Part shown: in pieces, positions 9,601-15,572 of the stretch
Layout of the letters: every line of letters starts with the position of its first letter
Position numbering within the stretch: the first letter of the stretch is position 1
DNA from: a virus
Lineage: Duplodnaviria > Caudoviricetes
Direction: 5' to 3' (one strand)
IMG/VR virus record: IMGVR_UViG_3300021197_001706
Location: 1-24,642 of that record
DNA: 24,642 bases
Translations under genes and position numbers: made by a program
The notes under the pieces: model-generated
The model's database searches: none
What the model was told of the DNA's origin: nothing
What the model saw: the letters and a program-made list of their open reading frames with translations, nothing else

Positions 9601-12600
9601 TTCTGAAACCAAATGGTCTAGCAACGTAAGGTCCACGAACAAATTGATCCGCAGAAGTACCACTAAGTTGTAAGAGTCCGGTAGCAGATTGTCTGGTCTG
9701 AGTTATAATAATCAGACCATTATCAATTTCTCCTCCTGGTGTGGTGGATGTGATACTACCGTAATTATCAGTTGTGGTTGCATTATTAGTAATGGAACCA
9801 TAATCTTCGCCTGGTGGAACTTCAACAATAGAACCACCATTATAATCAAAGGTTGCTTTTTCGTATTTGTCGCCAAGACCAAATAACCTACCTTTACCAA
9901 CAAAATCTCTACTTCTAAGAGTTTCACCAGCACCAGTAAGTTTTCCTTGTTCGTAAGGACGTGATCTCCAGTGAGGACGGAAAGAGAAGTCTGCAGGATC
10001 CTGTTGTTCGTTAAAGATTCTGAGACCAAATGGTCTAGCAACGTAAGGTCCACGAACAAATTGATCCGCAGAAGTACCAGTAATTCTAAAGAGACCAGTG
10101 AGAGGATATTCCGTCTCAGTAATTACTAATTGACCAAGATCTAATTCACCATCATTATGGATGTTAGTCGTGACAGTACCATAATCATTAGTTGTAGTTG
10201 GATTATTAGTAATGGAACCATAATCTCCACCAATATTAAATTCAACAACAGATGATTGATTATAATTAACCGTTGCTTTTTCAGTCTTAACACCGTGACT
10301 GAATAGTGAACCAGACGCAATGAATGGTCTGGACTGAGCATAAGTATTGAACTCTCCGTCTGGACCATTGCTAATCTTCGGAGTACCAAGAAGATGACGT
10401 GTTCTCCAGTGAGGTGTAAATCTGATGTCTGCAGGATCTTGCTGTTCGTTGAAGATCCTAATAGCAGGACTATTTCTATTCCAGATAAATTTGGGGAAGA
10501 ACTTCTCAATAGCAGAACCTTGGATTTCAAACAGTTTTCCGAGAGGAACTTCGTCACCAGTTGCGGTCAGTACGCTTCCATTATCTGTAATGTTAGATGC
10601 AGGGACAGAAGCACCAATCTGCCCATAATCAACTGATGTAGTAGCAGTAGTTTCAACACTTCCAGCATCAGTAAATGTAAATGATTCAGCAATAGAAGAT
10701 TCGTTATATGCAACAGTTGCTTTTTCAGTCTTGACTCCATGACTGAAGAGTGAACCAGATGCAATGAAAGGTCTAACTCTTGCATAAGTGTTAGACTCTC
10801 CACCAAGACCATTTCTGATATCAAACAGTGCAGTAGATTCACCTGCCTGAGATACAAACTTAAGATTGCTGTATCCACCAGTAATTCTAACCTCAGCAGT
10901 AGCACCAAGATATGCTTTTGGATTAGAGTGGGCAATATCACCACCCGTCCATTCAAAGAGTTTTCCGAATGGATTATTAGTAATGAGATTGGTGATTGAA
11001 CCATAGATGGTATCACCAGTAGATGGTTGAGTTACATCACCGTAATCTGCAGTTGTTGTAGCAGAAGAAGTGACAAGACCATTATCAACAGGATCTTGTA
11101 CTATCGCAATTGATTCCTCAGTGTAATCAAATATTGCTTTCTCAACATTACTACCAGAGTTATTGAGAGATCCAGAACCAATCCAAGCTCCCTTAATAAC
11201 CTTGAGTTGCGACATTCCGCCGCCTAACTTAAGGAATTCTCCTCTGCTGGTTTGCCTCTCGCCAATACCATAATTATAAACCTGAACTGCAGGTTCGCCA
11301 AATTGTACAGTTGCACGCCCACCAGTAGAGTTAAGTACACCAGAACCATGATATGATCTTGGGAGAGGTGTTACTGCCCTACCAGTAATATTGATATTAC
11401 CGAACTTGGTGAAGTATGGGATCAAATCACCATAAGATGTGTCACCAGTAGAAGGTTCGGTTACATCACCATAGTTCTCGGTATTTGCAGTAGATTGATC
11501 TACAGAACCATAGTTTAAAGTTCCTAGAGTTGCTGAAGGATCAAATACGGTATCAGATTGATAGTGGAATACTACTCTTTCATCCTTCTGTCCGATCTCA
11601 AACAGAGATCCAGAACCAACATGTATTCTGGCAAATGCGTCAGGAATGACATGGTTGGTGATTGTAATTCCACCACGGCTTCTCCAGTGAGGCAGGAATG
11701 CAAAGTCACTTGCTTGACCTGCATTGACAACTGCCTTACCTTTGTAAGTCTTGATTGCTCCGCTACCAGCGAACGCTCTTGGATTAGAGTGAGCAATGTC
11801 ACCCCCAGTGATCTTGAAGAGACCAGTGAGAGGTTGTCTAGTCTCGGTAATTACTAATGATCCATGATCAGTGTCACCACTAGACTGTGCTGTTACCTGA
11901 CCATAATCTTCTGTTGTAGTTGCAGCACTAGTAACATCCCCTGCATCAGTGCCAACAGAGAAGGTTACTATTGAACCCGAATTATAATCGTAGACCTTCC
12001 TCTCAAGTCCTCCAGAGAATCCGAAGAGTCTTCCGCTACCTTGATATCCTACTCTTGCAAATGCTTCTGGATTACCGCCACCGAATGTTAATCCAATGAC
12101 ATCTCTTCTAATAAATTGTCCTGTTGCTAGGTCGCGACCAACAACATACGTTTGTGCTCCAGGTGGTTCCTCAAGTTGATCAACGCCACCTGAAAGAACA
12201 GAGAATGAACCTGAACCGTTATATGAACTAAACCTGTTACTTGTAACCTTGAATCCTCTAATCTTCAGGGATCCGAAAGGTGTGCCTTCTCCAGGTAAAA
12301 TGTCTCCAAAGTCTATTTCACCATCAGTAGCGATGGTAGTAATCTCTCCATACCCAACAGAAGAACCTACAGTAGCGGTTACCTGACCATTGTCAGTGTC
12401 GCTACCATAGGTCTTGAATGACTCTTCTGTGAAGTCATATAGGGCGCTGTCAGATGACGCACCAAAAATACGCAGAGGTCCAGAACCTCCAATATAAGGA
12501 GCAACCTTGCGCTCCAGACCATTAGCAATCTCAAATAATGTACCTGAACCTGTCCAGGCTTGTTTTCTAATTACAATTGCCTTTTCTCTAAGGACAATTG

Positions 12601-12919
12601 GTTGTGCCTTAGCAACAAATACTACACCAGCTGAATCTGCTTCTTCTCCGCTGATGTTAATATTACCAAATGGATATGTAGTTTCAGTCCATACAACAAG
12701 ATTATAATCTTCCGTTGCAGTTACATCATCTACAATAAAATCTGTTCCTGTTTCTACAATGAACTCATTGTTTATGACACCAGTAGTGCCATCCTGAACA
12801 ATAAGATCAAAAAAGTTTACGCCACGATCAGCAGTGGACGTGGGAGCATCACCTATGCTGCCCAAGTCCTGACTATCAAAATATTCAATTGATGTTGAAT
12901 CGTAGCGAAATGTATTCAT
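6620..12919 (-). CDS. Giant Gly/Ser/Thr-rich repeat protein (2099 aa), putative virion structural protein
   Basis: Uninterrupted ORF inside the structural operon, built from ~140-aa units containing triple D(Y/N/L)G motifs and ~20-aa GSG..SG units. Confidence 0.85.
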   Translation of the reverse strand: MNTFRYDSTSIEYFDSQDLGSIGDAPTSTADRGVNFFDLIVQDGTTGVINNEFIVETGTDFIVDDVTATEDYNLVVWTETTYPFGNINISGEEADSAGVVFVAKAQPIVLREKAIVIRKQAWTGSGTLFEIANGLERKVAPYIGGSGPLRIFGASSDSALYDFTEESFKTYGSDTDNGQVTATVGSSVGYGEITTIATDGEIDFGDILPGEGTPFGSLKIRGFKVTSNRFSSYNGSGSFSVLSGGVDQLEEPPGAQTYVVGRDLATGQFIRRDVIGLTFGGGNPEAFARVGYQGSGRLFGFSGGLERKVYDYNSGSIVTFSVGTDAGDVTSAATTTEDYGQVTAQSSGDTDHGSLVITETRQPLTGLFKITGGDIAHSNPRAFAGSGAIKTYKGKAVVNAGQASDFAFLPHWRSRGGITITNHVIPDAFARIHVGSGSLFEIGQKDERVVFHYQSDTVFDPSATLGTLNYGSVDQSTANTENYGDVTEPSTGDTSYGDLIPYFTKFGNINITGRAVTPLPRSYHGSGVLNSTGGRATVQFGEPAVQVYNYGIGERQTSRGEFLKLGGGMSQLKVIKGAWIGSGSLNNSGSNVEKAIFDYTEESIAIVQDPVDNGLVTSSATTTADYGDVTQPSTGDTIYGSITNLITNNPFGKLFEWTGGDIAHSNPKAYLGATAEVRITGGYSNLKFVSQAGESTALFDIRNGLGGESNTYARVRPFIASGSLFSHGVKTEKATVAYNESSIAESFTFTDAGSVETTATTSVDYGQIGASVPASNITDNGSVLTATGDEVPLGKLFEIQGSAIEKFFPKFIWNRNSPAIRIFNEQQDPADIRFTPHWRTRHLLGTPKISNGPDGEFNTYAQSRPFIASGSLFSHGVKTEKATVNYNQSSVVEFNIGGDYGSITNNPTTTNDYGTVTTNIHNDGELDLGQLVITETEYPLTGLFRITGTSADQFVRGPYVARPFGLRIFNEQQDPADFSFRPHWRSRPYEQGKLTGAGETLRSRDFVGKGRLFGLGDKYEKATFDYNGGSIVEVPPGEDYGSITNNATTTDNYGSITSTTPGGEIDNGLIIITQTRQSATGLLQLSGTSADQFVRGPYVARPFGFRIFNEQQDPADFTFTPHWRSRPYEQGKLTGAGETPRARDFVGSGSLFHIGEKVEKAVFRYTTESIVEFGIGSDYGFITNNTTSTNDLGSVTSITPDGEVDNGLVIITQTRQPVTGLFKITGGDKGHKQTFSEVSQTIEINISGTAIEKFTSGAGETTALFSFIGSLTESFGKGLYTGSGSLFHIGDRIEKAVFSYNTSSVIEGSETDQYGFITDSATTTDDLGFIGDAYLPPTVDHGDLVTLPGDETPFGLFKIAGGDIGHKQTFTEFSSGSLFGASGAAESFVAQTPEETFLLKMRGGAVEKHVENWVGSGLIKYPEDTPLAPNAAVRFRPHWRSRHLLGTPRILGNVDVGFKGAYVSKGVFSRMYTHDAGSEWLRYRPSPRYVNSIYGKIGGSANVAGISVSQKVNVYGYYGDDRDPGTSGSLFGIGGGAEASSVTPPTNTVLFRVNGTSPSKWNPAWTSRPAGSPRLFGTPDLVLRFNIFTNPEVAKFNFYGDADPAFTRLYNGSGRFNTIGGAAEVVGFNPETETRAFKFSGEPIVRIRVILFQFGTLFGFGGGSESRTIEVPQSTVLFVPSGTADTDRTRAFETSGSENLSGQSVDRRTAAHAGSGSLFATNGAAESRTTSIPESTVLFSTAGGDQNAFVRTNIGTGSTTVSGDSTNSLSRDHVGSGSIFAINGAAESATVSEESTGLFEFNGSGEPVLRSRAFAGSGSLFAIGGGVEIAAVAPESTGLFTVSGEAQAPFTRTKVGSGTTFVSGNSENKATRVYTGEGQLSTFGGGAEVVGFNPAEETVLYEFGGSAEPVIRSRGFNASGSASVNGDADFVVGLSFAGNGTLSAFGGAAESRTIDVENTTLFEFRNGATESFTKGNYNTSGNANISGEATDIKSVVSNVGSGTTFVSGEKIEKQTDNYLGSGSLFGLNSGTIARTRDYDETEIGAQGEVVSTNLFTFNGSNPGSVTRITQPGTLRITMEGEAIPVLKLFSPIRIYSTII
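6800..8345 (-). repeat. ~20-aa tandem GSGxLFxxxG / ExTxLFxxxG / GSGTTxVSG protein repeats
   Basis: Successive units such as HAGSGSLFATNG, ESTVLFSTAGG, NIGTGSTTVSG, HVGSGSIFAING, ESTGLFEFNG, FAGSGSLFAIGG, ESTGLFTVSG and KVGSGTTFVSG are spaced about 60 nt apart. Boundaries are approximate. Confidence 0.8.
8830..12450 (-). repeat. Nine ~140-aa tandem protein repeats with DxG-TTT-DYG-DxG core
   Basis: Cores near 8885, 9295, 9712, 10130, 10575, 10995, 11420, 11855 and 12300 (period about 410-445 nt), e.g. GEDYGSITNNATTTDNYGSITSTTPGGEIDNGLI versus GGDYGSITNNPTTTNDYGTVTTNIHNDGELDLGQL. Confidence 0.85.
9502..10079. repeat. Direct DNA repeats with 417-bp offset
   Basis: 9502-9553 is identical to 9919-9970 (52 bp), and 9608-9662 is identical to 10025-10079 (55 bp). 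Confidence 0.9.
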
Positions 12920-12936
12920 TAAACGTTCTACACATT

Positions 12937-12959
12937 AAAAGGGGGTGTTCTACACCCCC
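12937..12959 (-). terminator. Intrinsic terminator after the 391-aa gene
   Basis: The - strand reads GGGGGTGT-AGA-ACACCCCC-TTTT: an 8-bp GC-rich stem plus a short U4 tract, 17 nt before the 2099-aa start codon. Confidence 0.8.
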
Positions 12960-12998
12960 CTCACAAAATATAATAACGAATAAGATGTATACTATATA

Positions 12999-14174
12999 TC
13001 AGTCAAGGCTGACGTTCAATGTGATCTTAATTTGGTCACCGTTGTTCTGAATCGGGTATGGACCATTTGTGAATCTCTCAGCAAACATGATGCTGCTGTG
13101 AAGAGTCAGGTCACCAGTTCCATCAAGAGCAGGTGTTGTACTGAAGCTGTTAGCATCATAGACTGTGTGAACAGTGTAAGTACTAGCAGTTGTGCCTGAG
13201 TTAGTAGTACCTTGAGCGATGTAGATTACATCGCCAGCAACCAGACCGTGGGCAGTAGCGTTAACCTTGCTGTAAGACAGGGTGATTGAGGAGTCAGTAG
13301 CAACCTGAATGTTGTCAGTCAGGGCATTGTTGATATAAAGAATTCTGTTGAGAATGTCAATACCGATGATTTCTGTACTAGCAGGAACAGCGGAGTTACC
13401 ACCAACAACCATGCCGACAGTGATATCATCCATGATGTTAGCAACGTTGGCAAGAGTGATGAACTTATTGCCGATAACGCCGATGGCGGGGTCAGTGTTG
13501 TCACCCTTAGTAAGAACTGAACCAGCAGCAGCAGCACCAGCATCAGTTACACCATGGATGGTGACAGGCATGTTGTTTGCACGAGCCAAGTAGTAACCAT
13601 AAACGTTACCAGCAGCAGCAGTAAAGGTGAATGTTTCTTCTGGGTATGTTGCAGTTGTAACACCACCAGTGAAGTTGATTGTTCCAGAAACAGCACCAGT
13701 GTTTGCAACAGTCAGAACAACAGTTGAACCATCTACTCTAGATACTTTTGCACCAGCGCCAATACCAGTACCAGCGACGAGGTTACCTACGCTGATTGTG
13801 CCAGTTACGCTAGCAACTGAGATAGTATATGCACCTGAAGAACCAGTACCAGTACCAGAGGCAATAGGATCACCGGCAGTAGAGATTGCCCAACGGTTAC
13901 CATTCAGAAGAATACCGTATGTAGCAGAATAATCCTGATCAGCACGGTTGTTGTTTACTGTAGGATATCCAGTGTTTGCAGCAGTACCATAGCTGTTAGT
14001 ATTACCATCAGCATATGGTTCATAGTAAGCAGTTGCTGAAGGTACGTCGCCTTCAGCGGGGTCTGTATTTGAAGTATAAAGCTTCAAAACTAGATTTCTA
14101 GGGATCTGGTGAGTGGCGTTCAGCAGATAACGGAGCGACTCTAACTCACCAATATTTGGTACTAAAAGTGCCAT
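12999..14174 (-). CDS. Putative virion structural protein (391 aa); split conserved core with inserted beta modules
   Basis: GAGGAA SD at 14183-14188 and two TATAAATA motifs upstream. Core motifs LVLKLYTS..P..GD, ATYPEETFTFT..AGNVYGYYL and FAERFTNGPYPIQNNGDQIKITL resemble small phage structural/fibre proteins (recall, unverified). Confidence 0.8.
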   Translation of the reverse strand: MALLVPNIGELESLRYLLNATHQIPRNLVLKLYTSNTDPAEGDVPSATAYYEPYADGNTNSYGTAANTGYPTVNNNRADQDYSATYGILLNGNRWAISTAGDPIASGTGTGSSGAYTISVASVTGTISVGNLVAGTGIGAGAKVSRVDGSTVVLTVANTGAVSGTINFTGGVTTATYPEETFTFTAAAGNVYGYYLARANNMPVTIHGVTDAGAAAAGSVLTKGDNTDPAIGVIGNKFITLANVANIMDDITVGMVVGGNSAVPASTEIIGIDILNRILYINNALTDNIQVATDSSITLSYSKVNATAHGLVAGDVIYIAQGTTNSGTTASTYTVHTVYDANSFSTTPALDGTGDLTLHSSIMFAERFTNGPYPIQNNGDQIKITLNVSLD

Positions 14175-14214
14175 TTAAAATGTTCCTCTTGTTTGATTTT
14201 GATTTATCTGTTTA

Positions 14215-14222
14215 TATTTATA
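14215..14222 (-). promoter_or_regulatory. T4-type late promoter TATAAATA
   Basis: Exact match overlapping the TAA stop of the 234-aa gene, 40 nt upstream of the 391-aa start. Confidence 0.8.
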
Positions 14223-14922
14223 ATTTTACTTTCAGAGCGATAGCAAAATTACTGATTGAAACCGTAGTATTTATAACTTCATACTGTATGATGTCTCCAG
14301 CATTCAATTGCTTTGACCATCCAGTTAATGTAATATCAGTACTTTTTACATCACTATTTAATTGTGGTCCATTCCCACCACAAATTGATGCTACGTTAGG
14401 AAAATCATCAAAAGAACATTTCCTAATATCAAGTTCTAAATCTCCAATAGCATCGGCAACAATAACCCACGATTGGATAACACCAGTAACATCAATAGTT
14501 AGAAAACCTTTGTTTCCTGTAGTCATTGGTCTAGAACCATTGTCTATAACATAATTAATAGTTCTAGTCAGATCAGCAGTGTTTGCAAGTGCAATTCCAA
14601 AGAATGGTGTAACTGTACTTGCAGGAGCAGTAGCAAATGTAATTTCATTGCCTGATACTGTGTATCCCACTCCTGGTTGCAAAATAGTATTGTCAACAGA
14701 AATAATCAGTTGCTGGTCATTTAATGCATAATATGCTTCTCCAGAAACTGCTAACTGAAAAACTGTTTGTGCTCCATCAAACTGCGAACGCAAATCATCC
14801 AGAATTAAATTCTGGTATTGTATCCCTTTTGATGGTGCTTCATAATTTAAACCAATACTAAAATCATTAGCAACACTTTGTGTGACATCAAAATTAGTAG
14901 TACTTACTTCGTAATTAGCCAC
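14218..14922 (-). CDS. Putative virion structural protein (234 aa)
   Basis: GTG start shares one base with the upstream TAG stop (TAGTG). It contains LDDLRSQFDG.QTVFQL...LIISVDNTILQPG..YTVSGNEITFATAP, a module recurrent in cyanomyophage baseplate/fibre proteins, plus a C-terminal beta domain. Confidence 0.75.
   Translation of the reverse strand: MANYEVSTTNFDVTQSVANDFSIGLNYEAPSKGIQYQNLILDDLRSQFDGAQTVFQLAVSGEAYYALNDQQLIISVDNTILQPGVGYTVSGNEITFATAPASTVTPFFGIALANTADLTRTINYVIDNGSRPMTTGNKGFLTIDVTGVIQSWVIVADAIGDLELDIRKCSFDDFPNVASICGGNGPQLNSDVKSTDITLTGWSKQLNAGDIIQYEVINTTVSISNFAIALKVKL
14268..14275 (-). promoter_or_regulatory. Second late promoter TATAAATA(CT) inside the 3' end of the 234-aa gene
   Basis: Exact TATAAATA followed by CT, 53 bp upstream of the other copy. 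Confidence 0.6.
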
Positions 14923-15260
14923 TATACTGTCACTCCTGGTGTTACTGTCGCAATTCCTTCAATGAATCTGGTCTTTACTCCACTCGCAGAAGTCAAGACT
15001 AAATCATAAACATATCTTCTTGCTTTGAGGGCAGATGTAACTGTGTCAGTCAGAGTAATTTTAATTACTCCTTTACTTCTATCGGTAAAAGTTACTGCAA
15101 ACGGTGTTGCAGCACTTGATGTATAATAACTTGTCTTCAGTTTTGCCTCTGCGGTAAACCCCAAAAGATTTACCGAAGCACCATCTGAATTTTTGATAGT
15201 AAAGGTTGCTGAGAAGTCAGTACCCTGCTCTATCACTAAGTTAATTGTAATTGCAGACAT
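14922..15260 (-). CDS. Small beta-sandwich structural/adaptor protein (112 aa; BppU-N/LtfC-like)
   Basis: NLVIEQGTDF...VNLLGFTAEAKLK...GVIKITLT...T..L..RRYVYDL...TRFIEG..TV.PGVT is a pattern typical of phage tail-associated Ig-like adaptor domains. Confidence 0.7.
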   Translation of the reverse strand: MSAITINLVIEQGTDFSATFTIKNSDGASVNLLGFTAEAKLKTSYYTSSAATPFAVTFTDRSKGVIKITLTDTVTSALKARRYVYDLVLTSASGVKTRFIEGIATVTPGVTV

Positions 15261-15265
15261 GTACT

Positions 15266-15301
15266 AAAAAAGACCTTCCTTGTTATTTATAAGGAAGATC
15301 T
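15266..15301 (-). terminator. Intrinsic terminator after the 68-aa gene, with a late promoter in its loop
   Basis: The - strand reads AGATCTTCCTT-ATAAATAAC-AAGGAAGGTCT-TTTTT: an 11-bp stem (one G-U pair) followed by a U tract. Confidence 0.75.
15284..15291 (-). promoter_or_regulatory. T4-type late promoter TATAAATA
   Basis: Exact match 23 nt upstream of the 112-aa start, spanning the hairpin loop. Confidence 0.85.
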
Positions 15302-15307
15302 TTAAAG

Positions 15308-15514
15308 TTATTCTGCTGCTACTGGTTCTGCTTCAGCAACTTCTTCGGTTTCAGCAGGAGGATCTACTAGATCCAGAGCTTCAAGAGCACCTTTCAGTTT
15401 AAGTGCAAGTTCTCGTTTTGCCATGACCTGCGTCTCAAGATTTTTAATTTCAGAGATTGCAGTTTCAAGTTGGTTTGTAAAGTTTTCGCGCAGTGCGCTT
15501 GGTTCAACAGACAT
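15308..15514 (-). CDS. Small acidic coiled-coil protein (68 aa); candidate fibre assembly chaperone
   Basis: Heptad-like LETAISEIKNLETQVMAKRELALKLKGALEAL followed by a Glu/Ala/Pro-rich tail. It fills the gap between promoter and terminator. The function is inferred. Confidence 0.75.
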   Translation of the reverse strand: MSVEPSALRENFTNQLETAISEIKNLETQVMAKRELALKLKGALEALDLVDPPAETEEVAEAEPVAAE

Positions 15515-15537
15515 GGTATTACTTAGTTTCAGTTGTT

Positions 15538-15566
15538 ATTATACTACAATTTATTTAGTCTGTCAA
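15538..15566 (-). promoter_or_regulatory. Perfect sigma70-consensus promoter with an embedded TAAATA late-like motif
   Basis: TTGACA (15561-15566), a 17-bp spacer and TATAAT (15538-15543). The spacer contains CTAAATA (15552-15558). Confidence 0.9.
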
Positions 15567-15572
15567 TCACGC

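Noticed and set aside
9502-10079. DGR template/variable repeat pair
   Set aside because: Mismatches are not adenine-specific, both copies are in-frame coding units, and there is no reverse transcriptase in the window.
6625-11016. Long same-strand alternative-frame ORFs (522, 316, 123, 115, 138 and 149 aa) overlapping the 2099-aa gene
   Set aside because: All lie in one shifted frame, are L/V/Q-rich as expected from shifting GGT/TCT/GCA/ACA codons, and several stops recur at the repeat period. Divergence between repeats is synonymous in the main frame. They are best explained as shadow ORFs.
8830-12450. CRISPR-like array
   Set aside because: The repeats are long, degenerate and codon-phased, with no constant repeat/unique spacer structure and no cas genes.
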